A stretch of DNA of 64,000 nucleotides from an uncultured bacterium (GTDB lineage: Bacteria > SAR324 > NAC60-12), in the NCBI GenBank assembly GCA_965662235.1, contig CBFIGY010000003.1, positions 32,001-96,000 of the forward strand, in the 5' to 3' direction. The notes beneath the pieces were generated by a model. It searched no databases, was not told where the DNA came from, and saw only the letters and a program-made list of their open reading frames with translations. This document shows, in pieces, positions 1 to 9,991 of the stretch (position 1 is the first letter of the stretch; every line of letters begins with the position of its first letter). Position numbers and translations under genes: made by a program.

Positions 1-1162
1 TGAGCTTCTCCCGGTTGCCATAGTCCTGTGCCGCGCCTTCCTTGAGCAAGCTGCCGTAGGCTTTCCAGAGGGAGAGGTAGGTTTCAGTGTGCTGATCAGC
101 CAGGGTCTGCAGCTCCTTGAGCACACGGGACGTGAGGCTCTTCTTGATGCGTTCAATGAGCGCGTTCTGCTGCACCGACTCCCGGGAGACGTTCAGGGGC
201 AGGTCTTCTGAGTCCACCACCCCTTGCACAAACCGGAGGTACGGCGGAAGCAGGTTCTTGTTGTCAGGCTGAATGAGGACCTTCTGCGCATACAGCGCAA
301 TGCCGCGGCTGTCCCGGGCATAGAGGATCTCATTGGAAACCTTCTTAGGAAAGAACAGCAGGGCGTGGAACTGCAGCGGCGCGTCAATTGAGAAGTGCAG
401 GGTGTGCAACGGCCCTTCGGTCTCATGCGCAATGTGCTTGTAAAACTCTTCGTACTCCTGCTCCTCCACTTGGGAACGTGACTGCGTCCACAGAGCCTTG
501 ACCTGGTTGAGGACCCGGTCCTTGATCTTCACCGGAAACGGAACGTAGTTGGAGTAACGCTTCACAATGGACTCCATGCGGTACTCGGCACAGAACTCCT
601 TGGCGTCTTCCTTAAGGAAGAGCTTCACGCGAGTTCCACGTTCCGAAACGTCCATGGGCGTCAGAGTGTAGCTTCCGGAGCCGTCGGAACTCCACATCCA
701 GCCGTCCTCGCCGTCCTTCCAGGAGCGTGTGACCAGTTCCACCCGGTCCGCCACCATGAACACGGAGTAGAAGCCCACTCCAAACTGCCCAATGAGGTTT
801 TCCACAGACTGCTGGGTTTCCTGCGCCTGCCGGAGGAACTTGAGGGTTCCGGAACTTGCGATGGTTCCTAGGTTGTCGATCAGCTCCTGCTTGGTCAGGC
901 CACAGCCGTTGTCGATCACCTCAATCGTGTTCGCCTGGTCATCAAACGTGAGCCGCACTTCCAGAGGCTGGTCGTCCTTCAGAAGCCCCTCTTGCGTCAG
1001 GGCCTCAAACTGGACCTTGCTCAACGCGTCCGAGGCGTTGGAAATGAGCTCCCGCAGGAAGATCTCCCGCTCGGTGTAAAGGGAGTGGACGAGGATGTCG
1101 AGAAGCTTCTGCATCTCGGCTTGATACTGATGGACTTCAGCGCCTTGTTTCTCTTCACTCAT
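1..1162 (-). CDS. htpG: Hsp90 chaperone HtpG (partial, C-terminus runs off the window start)
   Basis: Manual translation from ATG at 1162: MSEEKQGAEVHQYQAEMQKLLDILVHSLYTEREIFLRELISNASDAL...LGTIASSGT...IGQFGVGFYS...GVVDSEDLPLNVSRE. These are Hsp90 signature motifs. Confidence 0.97.
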   Translation of the reverse strand, partial: MSEEKQGAEVHQYQAEMQKLLDILVHSLYTEREIFLRELISNASDALSKVQFEALTQEGLLKDDQPLEVRLTFDDQANTIEVIDNGCGLTKQELIDNLGTIASSGTLKFLRQAQETQQSVENLIGQFGVGFYSVFMVADRVELVTRSWKDGEDGWMWSSDGSGSYTLTPMDVSERGTRVKLFLKEDAKEFCAEYRMESIVKRYSNYVPFPVKIKDRVLNQVKALWTQSRSQVEEQEYEEFYKHIAHETEGPLHTLHFSIDAPLQFHALLFFPKKVSNEILYARDSRGIALYAQKVLIQPDNKNLLPPYLRFVQGVVDSEDLPLNVSRESVQQNALIERIKKSLTSRVLKELQTLADQHTETYLSLWKAYGSLLKEGAAQDYGNREKL

Positions 1163-1349
1163 GGTCTTGGTTGGCAAATGATGATTCAGGAATTCAGAGA
1201 GAATGACTCGTGAGATTAACCAAATAGTCTAGGGGCTTGAAGCAGAAATGGGAAGAGCTTTTTCTCGGAAGGCGGAGAGGCTTTCAGCTTGTTCCTCCCG
1301 GGGTGCCCACTAAGCTAATGAGCATTTGCACCCCTTGATGGGCAGGCTC

Positions 1350-2120
1350 ATGAACAAAGCAATCATTGGAGGAACCGGGGTCTACGGCAGCGGTGCCCCC
1401 GCCCGGATGGAGACCGTGGCCACGCCGTATGGCGATGTCACCGTGGACGTGGTTTCTGTGCAGGGAGAAGAGGTCGCCTTTCTGGCCCGGCATGGCAAGG
1501 GACACTCGGTGCCCCCTCACCGCATCAACTACCGCGCAAACCTGAAGGCGCTGCAGCAGCTGGGAGTCACCCATGTGCTGGCCACAGCAGCAGTGGGCTC
1601 CCTGAACCCCGCGTTCCGGCCGGGAGACCTGGTGCTCGCCTCCGACTTCATCGACTGGACGCAGGGGCGCCCCCGGACCTTTTTTGACGGCGCCGATGGC
1701 CGGGTCCGGCATGTTGGACTCGAAGAGCCGTACTGTCCGGAACTGCGTCGGCAGCTGACAGCGTCTGGAGCCCGACTGTCGATTCCTCTGGCAGGGTCAG
1801 GTGTGTACCTCTGCACCGAAGGCCCACGCTTTGAAACGCCTGCAGAGATTCGCATGTTCCGGGGGTGGGGAGCCGATCTGGTGGGCATGACCAACGTCCC
1901 CGAGGTCGTTCTCGCCAAGGAGCTGGGTCTCTGCTATGCCGCCATCGGATTAGTGGTCAACATGGCCGCTGGGCTGGAGGATGAGCCCATCACCCTTGAC
2001 GACATCCACGCTGCGTTGGAGCAGTGCCGGGACCGCGCCACACGGCTCTGCCTGGACGCCTTCACGCAGCCGCTCCATCAACAGCACTGTTCCTGTGCAC
2101 ACTCGGTAATGGGACTATGA
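1350..2120 (+). CDS. mtnP: Methylthioadenosine/methylthioinosine phosphorylase (PNP/MTAP family)
   Basis: Motifs IIGGTG, RHGKGH..PPHRINYRAN, EGPRFETPAE and GMTNVPE..LAKELG. Confidence 0.9.
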   Translation: MNKAIIGGTGVYGSGAPARMETVATPYGDVTVDVVSVQGEEVAFLARHGKGHSVPPHRINYRANLKALQQLGVTHVLATAAVGSLNPAFRPGDLVLASDFIDWTQGRPRTFFDGADGRVRHVGLEEPYCPELRRQLTASGARLSIPLAGSGVYLCTEGPRFETPAEIRMFRGWGADLVGMTNVPEVVLAKELGLCYAAIGLVVNMAAGLEDEPITLDDIHAALEQCRDRATRLCLDAFTQPLHQQHCSCAHSVMGL

Positions 2121-2461
2121 GCGCCATCACGTTGGAAAGAGGATGGATCCGGCACTTTGATCCGCCGCCGCTGGCCATTTGGGGAGGCGAGGTGCCACTT
2201 CCAGCGAACCTGCACCTTCCGGATCCCTTTCAGGGGCAGCAGGATCACCACTTCCGGGACCGCCGGATCATGCATGGTCTGCTCGAGTGGTGCACCACGG
2301 TGGGCTTCGCCAAGCTGCAGCGCGCTCTGGAAGACGCTCACCCGGTTCCCGGAGACGGACAGACGATTGTGGTCGACAGCCGCAGCTACCGAATTGAGGC
2401 GGGGTTAACGGAGGATTGGGAGTTCCGCATCAGCGCTTGGAGAAAGCTTGACCTCCATTGA
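2117..2461 (+). CDS. Hypothetical protein (114 aa)
   Basis: ATGA overlap with the mtnP stop; fills the gap to the GNAT gene; no recognised motif. Confidence 0.6.
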   Translation: MSAITLERGWIRHFDPPPLAIWGGEVPLPANLHLPDPFQGQQDHHFRDRRIMHGLLEWCTTVGFAKLQRALEDAHPVPGDGQTIVVDSRSYRIEAGLTEDWEFRISAWRKLDLH

Positions 2462-2930
2462 GTTCCTCGCAGACCACCCGCACCTGGCAGAGCCGCTGGC
2501 CCGTCAGCTTCATGCGGAGTGGGGCGCCCTCTATGCGCCTTACTGGACGGAGGCAGAGGCCATTGCAGAGGCTCAGGACCACGCAAAGCGCCGGTCCGTG
2601 CCCACCACCCTGATCGCCTGTGCCGATTTGGAGTGGCAGGGCTGCATTGCGTTGTTGGAAGATGAGCTGCCCCCGGACTTTCCGGCAGAATACCAACACC
2701 TAGGGCCCTGGCTGGCCAGCCTCTACGTGCGACCCGAGTTCCGGAACCAGGGGCTGGGTCGTCGACTGGTCCGGGCGCTGGAGGCCTTTGCCCAAGAACA
2801 GGGCATTCCGCGGCTTTACCTCTTCACCGAAGGACAGGCCGCCTACTACACTCCGCTGGGATGGACCCTCCATGCGGAGGTGCCGCATCACGGGCACCCC
2901 ACCTTTGTGCTCCAGCGGAACCTGCCTTAA
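2448..2930 (+). CDS. GNAT family N-acetyltransferase
   Basis: PWLASLYVRPEFRNQGLGRRLV acetyl-CoA binding motif; LYLFT...YYTPLGW. Confidence 0.9.
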   Translation: MTSIEFLADHPHLAEPLARQLHAEWGALYAPYWTEAEAIAEAQDHAKRRSVPTTLIACADLEWQGCIALLEDELPPDFPAEYQHLGPWLASLYVRPEFRNQGLGRRLVRALEAFAQEQGIPRLYLFTEGQAAYYTPLGWTLHAEVPHHGHPTFVLQRNLP

Positions 2931-3742
2931 AGCTTCTCGCCGATTCCGTACTTCTGGGGAGCCTTCTCGTAAATCGCTCGGGTTTCAGGAAGCCACTGAC
3001 TGAGGCGCTGCTTCCGGTTTTCGTTGCTGGGGTGCGTGGACATGAACTCGGGACCTCCTCCGCCCCCTGTGGCGCGGGCCATGCGCTCCCACACGCGACT
3101 GGCTTCTGCCGGATCATACCCGGCACGGGCCATGTAAATCTGTCCGTAACGGTCCGCATCGGTCTCATCGTCTCGACTGAACTTGCGCTGAAAGAAGGCC
3201 AGTCCCAGGGCTCCAGCAGCGCCCCCGACCTTTGCCACGGTCTTGCACTGTTCCGTCTGGCAGTAGAGCTCAGAGGCTGCCACCGCCACGCCCACCACAG
3301 CCGCTGTTGCCAGCTGATTTTCAATGGCCTTGGCGTATCCCTTCATTCCATGCCGCCGGGTTGCATGGGCCACTTCGTGCCCAATCACAGCCGCCAGGGC
3401 GCCCTCGGTTTCAAGCACATCTAGAATGCCCGTGTACACCGCCATCTTGCCGCCCGGCATGCACCAGGCGTTCAGCTCCGGACTCTCAATCAGCTCAATT
3501 TCCCAGTTGAAGGGCTCTCCAGACGCCTTCGCAATCCGCATCCCCACCCGCTTCACCAGCGCCACACGACGCTTGTCAGTGGAAAGCTTGGACTCTGCAA
3601 TGACCTGCCGGTAGGACTTTGCCGACTCCTGATTGATGCGAGGCTCGCTCACCATGTCCGGTGCCACGTTCCGGACCACGGCGCCACTGCACCCAATGAT
3701 CAGCCAACTGAGGGCCATCAGCCCCAACACTCGATACCGCAT
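2927..3742 (-). CDS. M48 family Zn metallopeptidase, probable lipoprotein
   Basis: NAWCMPGGK, HEVAH zinc motif, FSRDDETDAD, STHP; lipobox-like IIGC after a hydrophobic N-terminus. Confidence 0.93.
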   Translation of the reverse strand: MRYRVLGLMALSWLIIGCSGAVVRNVAPDMVSEPRINQESAKSYRQVIAESKLSTDKRRVALVKRVGMRIAKASGEPFNWEIELIESPELNAWCMPGGKMAVYTGILDVLETEGALAAVIGHEVAHATRRHGMKGYAKAIENQLATAAVVGVAVAASELYCQTEQCKTVAKVGGAAGALGLAFFQRKFSRDDETDADRYGQIYMARAGYDPAEASRVWERMARATGGGGGPEFMSTHPSNENRKQRLSQWLPETRAIYEKAPQKYGIGEKL

Positions 3743-3904
3743 TGTTGTTCTCAACCGTAAGTGATGAAAGGTTACGTTGGAGGGGAAACCGTATTGAGGC
3801 TAACGGAGGTGCCACAGGACCGCAAGCTGGGGGATGCGTTAGAAAACGACGTGTCTCTTCCAAAACGATCTAAGGATCAGGAACACGGAGCCTTCAGGGA
3901 AGGG

Positions 3905-3991
3905 TGGTGCCCAGAGCGGGAATCGAACCCGCACGGCCTTGCGGCCGAAGGATTTTAAGTCCTTTGCGTCTACCAGTTCCGCCATCCGGGC
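3905..3991 (-). tRNA. tRNA-Leu (anticodon UAA)
   Basis: Reverse complement GCCCGGATGGCGGAACTGGTAGACGCAAAGGACTTAAAATCCTT...GGGTTCGATTCCCGCTCTGGGCACCA folds as a cloverleaf with a long variable arm, TAA anticodon and encoded CCA. Confidence 0.97.
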
Positions 3992-4005
3992 TGAGAGGAG
4001 GATGC

Positions 4006-4034
4006 ATTCTCTTCGGTTTTCCTCTGATTGTCAA
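4006..4034 (-). promoter_or_regulatory. Probable sigma70 promoter of the tRNA-Leu gene
   Basis: TTGACA-17 nt-GAGAAT on the minus strand, 14 nt before the tRNA 5' end. Confidence 0.65.
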
Positions 4035-4088
4035 CTGCCGCCTGCTGGGCCTCGCAGCCCCTGAGCGGGGGCCGGTAGGAGCCGAGTT

Positions 4089-5621
4089 TCAGGAGTCGGA
4101 GGGCTCCTCATTCAGGGAGGCCGGAGGCTGGCACCCCTGAGCACAGCAACGTCCCGGCTGCCGGGAAGTCGGCGTGAGCGGCGGAGCCAAGCCCCGCTCC
4201 ATGAGTTGGGACACCAGCTCGGTTTTTTCCTGAACCGGATAGTTGCGCCAGATCTCCCGCTTCATCGCTTCAGGAGAGCCTCCGCCGTGCAGGGAAATGA
4301 CGGAGTACCACCCGGCTTGATGCGACACCGTCAGGTCCTCCAGAAAGCGAGATAGCGCCACACGACGCTCTGCAGGAACGTCTTCTCGGGCGCCCAGCAC
4401 GTCCAGCAGCGAGGCTCGGGTTTCCGGATTGTGATCCTCTTCAGGTCCAGGCAGCGCCACCACCAGTCCACCGGACACGTAGTGCGCCAGCCGGTGCATG
4501 TCGTAAATCTTGGTCGCCAGCATCAGTTTGCCAATGTTTGCAAACACGGCATCCGGAACCACGTTCCCCGCGGGATCCTCCTTTCCATAAACCGAGGCCG
4601 CCACTCCACAGGCGTAGATGCCTTCTGTGAGGGTGATCAGCTCCACCATCGCCTCCCGGATGTGCCCCTGCCGGTCCGGATCCAGCCCATTGGCTTCGGT
4701 CATCAGAGCTCCGGCGCCGATGAGCAGGTCTCCAAATCCGGCACGGGCTGCAATGCAGGAATGCCGGTGGTGGGTCGCATACGTGGTGGTCAGGAAGCCC
4801 CCCACCTCGGTTTCACCCGCCAGAAACACCCGCTCATGCGGCACAAAGACGTCTTCAAACACGACCACCCCCGTCGACTGTCCATACTTGGAGGAAAACT
4901 TCGCGCCAGCTTCTCCGGGACGTCCTGCAGGCTTGGCGATGATCGTCACTCCGGGGGCGTCCACAGGCACCGCACAGCAGACGGCACAGTCGGCATCCTC
5001 TGGAACATGCGTCCGGCAGGGCATCACCAGAAACTCGTGCATGTAGGGCGCACCGGTCACAATCGCCTTGGTGCCTCGGAGGACCACGCCATCTGGGCGT
5101 CGTTCCGTGATGTGAACGTACACATCCGGATTCACCTGTTTGCCGGGACGCAGGGTGCGGTTGCCCTTGGCATCAGTCATTGCCACCCCAAGCGTCAGGT
5201 CCCGGTCCTGAACCTCCTGTAGGTACGCCAGGAAGCGCTGGTGGTACTCCACCCCTGTCTCGGCCTCTGCCCGTCGGGTGGCCTGAAACAGAGCATTCAG
5301 AGCGTCATGAGACAGGTACCGCTGCGCACAGCCTGCCACCTGACACACCAGCCGCACAGCCTCCAGTTTGTCCAGCAGGTCCTGCGTCGTTTCATTCAGG
5401 TGCAGCATCCGGTTGATCACCTTCCCGGTCCGGGCAGGGGTTACCGTCAGCAGCGCCGCCTGTTCCTTGCGGTGCGCGTAGTCGTAGGTCACCCCCACCC
5501 CATTGATTCCGGGACGCAGCAGGGGCTCATCCGCCACACAGGTCACCTGCTGACCATTGACAAACACCCTCGGTTGGTAGGCTCTCAGGGACTCTCGGTA
5601 GTCCTCGGCGGTCATCAACAT
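4089..5621 (-). CDS. 4-hydroxybutyryl-CoA dehydratase / 4-hydroxyphenylacetate 3-hydroxylase (AbfD/HpaB) family flavoprotein, divergent
   Basis: MTAEDYRESL, AMTDAKGNR, DGVVLRGTKA, VVFEDVFVPHERVF and SLHGGGSPEA match the AbfD fold; Fe-S ligands are altered. Confidence 0.85.
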   Translation of the reverse strand: MLMTAEDYRESLRAYQPRVFVNGQQVTCVADEPLLRPGINGVGVTYDYAHRKEQAALLTVTPARTGKVINRMLHLNETTQDLLDKLEAVRLVCQVAGCAQRYLSHDALNALFQATRRAEAETGVEYHQRFLAYLQEVQDRDLTLGVAMTDAKGNRTLRPGKQVNPDVYVHITERRPDGVVLRGTKAIVTGAPYMHEFLVMPCRTHVPEDADCAVCCAVPVDAPGVTIIAKPAGRPGEAGAKFSSKYGQSTGVVVFEDVFVPHERVFLAGETEVGGFLTTTYATHHRHSCIAARAGFGDLLIGAGALMTEANGLDPDRQGHIREAMVELITLTEGIYACGVAASVYGKEDPAGNVVPDAVFANIGKLMLATKIYDMHRLAHYVSGGLVVALPGPEEDHNPETRASLLDVLGAREDVPAERRVALSRFLEDLTVSHQAGWYSVISLHGGGSPEAMKREIWRNYPVQEKTELVSQLMERGLAPPLTPTSRQPGRCCAQGCQPPASLNEEPSDS

Positions 5622-5699
5622 GCTTCCTCCATGATCACGGGTCAAAGGGGTTTCAGGCACGGCTCTCGCCGAGAGATTTTTCAGAGAATGCTCGGTTTG

Positions 5700-6434
5700 T
5701 CAAGCGGAGGTACGGGCCGGGTGCGGACGGACACTGAGGAGCAGCAGCGCCGGCAACAGCGGCGCTACCAGCAGGGCTGTTGCAGCCGTGGTGAAGCGGT
5801 AGAAGCCTTCAATCTGACTCAGCGTCCAGCCCCCTTCCGGAGTGGTCAGCACAAATCCCCAGACGGTGCACGCAAGCACCAGGACGTAGCACCCCTTGAA
5901 GGCATGGGCCTGCGGCAACAGCAGGCGCGCCAGCAGAAAGAGCAGCCCAATGGCCCACGACAGCACCACCCCTCCGAGGCCGCTGAGCAGCAGCCCCTCT
6001 GTCACTCCCTGAAGCCCGGTCAGCGGCCACTGCATCCAGTGCGAGTCCGGGAACACCTCGGTGCCAATCCACGATCCCAGAAGCGCCAGCACGTACACCA
6101 GCCCCAAACGTTTGACCGGGAAGCCATCCAGCGACCGGAAGCACTCTGCCAGGAAGCCCCACTCGGTTGGCTCCTGAACCGTGGTCGGCGCCGGCGTCGC
6201 AGGAGGCTTGAAGACCAGCCCCTTGGCATGCTGCTGCGCCTGCTCATACGCTTCTTGCAGCCTCAGAAACTCCTGGGTCCGGGCTTCCTTATGCGCCTCA
6301 TCTTGCTCTGTGTCCGGATGCTGCTGCTTGGCTTGCCGGAGGTAGGCGGTCCGGATGGTCCCCAGGTCTCGGGTTCGGGAAATTCCCAGAACCGTCCAGC
6401 AGTCCGAAACAGGAGGGGCCGACATGAATGCCAT
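5700..6434 (-). CDS. DnaJ (J-domain) membrane protein
   Basis: WTVLGI...IRTAY...HPD...F.RLQEAYE J-domain followed by about four hydrophobic segments; start codon uncertain. Confidence 0.8.
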   Translation of the reverse strand: MAFMSAPPVSDCWTVLGISRTRDLGTIRTAYLRQAKQQHPDTEQDEAHKEARTQEFLRLQEAYEQAQQHAKGLVFKPPATPAPTTVQEPTEWGFLAECFRSLDGFPVKRLGLVYVLALLGSWIGTEVFPDSHWMQWPLTGLQGVTEGLLLSGLGGVVLSWAIGLLFLLARLLLPQAHAFKGCYVLVLACTVWGFVLTTPEGGWTLSQIEGFYRFTTAATALLVAPLLPALLLLSVRPHPARTSA

Positions 6435-6777
6435 CGTCTTCAGGTGATCAGAATCCCTCACGCTGAGGGTCCCTTACCTTAAACCACCCCGAGGGATGCC
6501 AGCAAGTGCTTCGTCGTCGCGCAGGGGCCTCCGGAACCGCCCAAACCGTTTCCTTCAGCCGGTTCTTCTAGGGAAAACGCACCAGTGGTTCACGGCCCTG
6601 CCCCTCTGGCAACACCGGCCTGGGAAGCCGCTCACGCGTGATGCACATGGAAGAAAATAGGCTTCCTGAGGCCCTCTGGAGCGACAGGCTTGTTGCTGAA
6701 GAAGGCGCACAAGATGTCTTGTGCTTCCGGGTGCAATGGGTACGATGGTGGAATTTCCCCTGAGTCCACAAAGGGAC

Positions 6778-7458
6778 ATGCTCATTGAAGTCGCGGGACT
6801 GCACAAAAGTTACCTAGATGGCGAAGGCCAACCGCTGCACATCCTCCAAGGGCTGGACTTCTCCCTTCCGGCAGACACCTCCTGCGCCATTGTGGGCGCG
6901 TCTGGAACCGGAAAGAGCACCTTCCTGCACCTCCTGGGGGCCCTGGACGAGGCTGACACGGGCAGCATCCGCTACGATGACACTGACCTGACGCAGCTGG
7001 GACGCGAGGAGCGGGCTCAGTTCCGGAACCAGCGGATCGGCTTCATCTTCCAGTTTCATCAGCTGCTTCAGGACTTTACTGCTGTGGAAAACGTGATGAT
7101 GCCGTGCCTGATTCAGGGGCAACGTCCTGCAAACGCCCACTCACAGGCGCAGGCGTTGCTGACCGAGGTGGGACTGGGGGAGCGCATGCACCACAAGCCG
7201 AGCCAGCTCTCCGGAGGCGAGCAGCAGCGTGTGGCCATTGCCCGGGCCCTCAGCAACAACCCGCAGATGGTCCTTGCCGATGAGCCTACAGGGAACCTGG
7301 ACCAGGAAACCGGACAGCAGATTGCTGAGCTGCTCCTTCGCCTGAAGCAGGAACGGGGCACCACCTTGATCACCATCACCCACAACCCTGAACTGGCCCG
7401 TTTGATGGACCGTCGCTTCCGCATGGAATCCGGACGGCTCCGGCCTCTTGCTGACTGA
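6778..7458 (+). CDS. lolD: Lipoprotein-releasing ABC transporter ATP-binding protein LolD
   Basis: GASGTGKST, IGFIFQFHQLL, LSGGEQQRVAIARAL, LADEPTGNLD; lies directly upstream of bamA. Confidence 0.88.
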   Translation: MLIEVAGLHKSYLDGEGQPLHILQGLDFSLPADTSCAIVGASGTGKSTFLHLLGALDEADTGSIRYDDTDLTQLGREERAQFRNQRIGFIFQFHQLLQDFTAVENVMMPCLIQGQRPANAHSQAQALLTEVGLGERMHHKPSQLSGGEQQRVAIARALSNNPQMVLADEPTGNLDQETGQQIAELLLRLKQERGTTLITITHNPELARLMDRRFRMESGRLRPLAD

Positions 7459-7463
7459 CCTCC

Positions 7464-9887
7464 TTGCACACCTCGTTGCCTCGCCTGCTCACTCACTTGA
7501 GCCTCAGCCTTCTGCTGCTGAGCCTCCTTGCTTCCTCTGCCTGGGCCCAGAGCCCCATCATCCGCGACGTGGAGATTGACGGAACCTCGGAACTCGAGGC
7601 GTCCCAGCTGCTGCTGCAGCTTGAGTCCACCATTGGCGCCGACCTCGACCGCCGGCTCGTCCGCAACGACCTCCACACCATCTTTGCCACGGGCGCCTTC
7701 ACCGATGTCCGTGCCGAGGTGGAGCCCCTCCCGGAGTCAGACGGCTACCGCCTTCGGTTTGTCGTCCTTGAGCGCCCGCGGATCGTTTCTCTCAAGGTCT
7801 CCGGCATCCGCAAGATCTCCCGGGATGAGACGATCGGGAACATGACGATCAAGGAGCTTGACACCTTCGACCCCGCCAAGGTTCAGGAGAACGTCCGCAT
7901 CATCCGGGACGCCTACCGCCAGAAGGGCTTCAACCGCGTCACCATCACCCCCCAGGTTGTGGAGCTGAGCCCCACGGAGCGTGCCCTCACGTTTGAGGTG
8001 GAGGAGCAGCCCCGAGTCTTCCTTACGGACATCTCAGTGGCTGGAACCTCCTTCTACTCGGAGCTCGACATCAAGCGCTTCATCATGAGCGCTGAGATCG
8101 ACTGCACCTCCTGGATGAACAGCTCCGGCGTCTTTCAGGAGGAGATGGTCAACCAGGACCTGGCGCTCATTGCCCAGCAGTACCTCAAGAACGGCTACAT
8201 CAAGGTCTTCATCGACAAACCGGACGTGGAGCTGGTCCACAACCCCGACTACTCACGCCTCTCCATTGCCCTCGACATCACGGAGGGGGAGCAGTACTTC
8301 ACCGGCAAGGTAGACGTCAGCGGTGACCTGATGAACAACCGAGACGCGCTGCTGGAACTGATTCAGCTGGAAACCGGAGCCGTTTACAACCCCTTCCTCC
8401 AGAACCAGGACCGCTCTGCCCTCACCGAGGCCTACACGGAACGGGGCTACGCCTTTGCCCGGGTCATTCCCCGGACCACCCTCCACGAGGACAACCGAAC
8501 CGTTGACGTCAACTACCAGATCCTCAAGGGCGAGAAGGCTTACATCGGTCGCATTGAAGTGGACGGCAACGCTGAAACCCGCGACCACGTCATCCGCCGT
8601 GAGTTCGAGGTGCTTGAGGAGCAGCTCTTCAACGGAAAGAAGCTCCGGATGAGCCAGGAGAACCTGACCCGGCTCGGCTTCTTCGAGCAGGGCCTGACGC
8701 TGGACCGCTCCCCTCGGGCCCGGGAAGACAACGTTCTCGACATCATTGCTCGGCTCAAGGAAGGGCAAACGGGCTCCTTCCAGGCCCAGATTGGTTACAG
8801 TGACGTCTCCGGTTTCACCGGGGGCCTCTCCCTTTCCAAAGGAAACCTGCTCGGCACCGGACGGACCCTGCGGCTCAATGCCCAGTTTGCGGAAAAGGAC
8901 GTCAGCCAGCAGTTCAGCGCCACCCTGATTGAGCCTCGCCTGCTCGGCACCCGCATTTCCAGCTCCGTCAGCGCCTCCACCAGTCAGGTACAGGCCAACA
9001 CCGCCCTAGAGCAGGGCAACCTGACAGAAAACAGCTACGGCTTCAGCCTCGGGGTTCCGGTGTACTTCCGGAACCTGCGCTTCAGCACCTCGGTCCGGGC
9101 CCTGGATCGTCTCTACACCACAGAGACCCCGAACCTCTACAAACGTTCGGTCACGCCTTCGCTGGAGTGGAACTCGGTGAACCACCCGATCTTCCCCACT
9201 GCAGGCGTCAAGGCCAATGTATCGGTTGCACAGACCGGGACCCCGTTTGGAGGCAACGTCGAGTTCCGGGAGTACCAGCTCAACTACCAGCAGTTCTGGT
9301 CCCTCAACGCCACGGGCACCCTGATCTTCATGGCCAAGGGCCACTACGGGCTGCTGCAGAAAACCGGCGCTTCTCCAATTCCGACCGAAGACCGCTACCG
9401 CATGGGCGGCATCAACACCCTCCGGGGCCACAACTACTACGCCCTCTCAGGGCCCTACGGCACCAACGAGCAGTACCGAAATCAGGTGACGGAAGTGTAC
9501 ACGGATGAACTGGGTTACGACGTCATCCGCAGCTACGACGCCCGAACCATCGGCCTTTCTGATGAGGAGCTGAAGCAGCTGATTTCCGGAGGCGTGATGG
9601 AACGTCTGTTCACCACAGAGCTGCTCTTCCCGGTGAGTCAAGATGAGCGGAGCTTTGTCCGGGGGGTTGTCTTTTTGGATGCAGGAAACGTCAACGCCGA
9701 GCCCATTCAGTACACGCTCCTCAATGAGCCAGAGCCCGCTTTCCTGGACCTGCGTCGCAGCGCCGGATTTGGCTTTCGGGTCATTTCACCCGTCGGCGTC
9801 CTCCGCTTCGAGTACGGTTTCAAGCTTGACAAGCGGGACTATGAAAGCCCGGACCGCTTCGAGTTCACCATCAGCGGGCTCTTCTGA
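7464..9887 (+). CDS. bamA: Outer membrane protein assembly factor BamA
   Basis: Signal peptide, repeated POTRA domains (Y..KGF, GNAETRDHVIRRE), GGINTLRG motif, SPVGVLRFEYG and a terminal Phe. Confidence 0.95.
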   Translation: MHTSLPRLLTHLSLSLLLLSLLASSAWAQSPIIRDVEIDGTSELEASQLLLQLESTIGADLDRRLVRNDLHTIFATGAFTDVRAEVEPLPESDGYRLRFVVLERPRIVSLKVSGIRKISRDETIGNMTIKELDTFDPAKVQENVRIIRDAYRQKGFNRVTITPQVVELSPTERALTFEVEEQPRVFLTDISVAGTSFYSELDIKRFIMSAEIDCTSWMNSSGVFQEEMVNQDLALIAQQYLKNGYIKVFIDKPDVELVHNPDYSRLSIALDITEGEQYFTGKVDVSGDLMNNRDALLELIQLETGAVYNPFLQNQDRSALTEAYTERGYAFARVIPRTTLHEDNRTVDVNYQILKGEKAYIGRIEVDGNAETRDHVIRREFEVLEEQLFNGKKLRMSQENLTRLGFFEQGLTLDRSPRAREDNVLDIIARLKEGQTGSFQAQIGYSDVSGFTGGLSLSKGNLLGTGRTLRLNAQFAEKDVSQQFSATLIEPRLLGTRISSSVSASTSQVQANTALEQGNLTENSYGFSLGVPVYFRNLRFSTSVRALDRLYTTETPNLYKRSVTPSLEWNSVNHPIFPTAGVKANVSVAQTGTPFGGNVEFREYQLNYQQFWSLNATGTLIFMAKGHYGLLQKTGASPIPTEDRYRMGGINTLRGHNYYALSGPYGTNEQYRNQVTEVYTDELGYDVIRSYDARTIGLSDEELKQLISGGVMERLFTTELLFPVSQDERSFVRGVVFLDAGNVNAEPIQYTLLNEPEPAFLDLRRSAGFGFRVISPVGVLRFEYGFKLDKRDYESPDRFEFTISGLF

Positions 9888-9991
9888 CCCCACCCCAGAG
9901 GCCCCCCTGCGCCCGCTCTTTGCTTGCGGGTTCACAGAGGCTCCGATAGGGTGAAGGTTCCTTGATTCTAGACCCCACTGCTCCGTCTGGC

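Noticed and set aside
1163..1349. CIRCE or sigma32 element for htpG
   Set aside because: No TTAGCACTC-N9-GAGTGCTAA; a CCCATTT is present but without a correctly spaced -35
3755..3904. Genomic island integrated at the tRNA-Leu 3' end
   Set aside because: No integrase and no duplicated tRNA 3' end seen in the window; flanking genes look native
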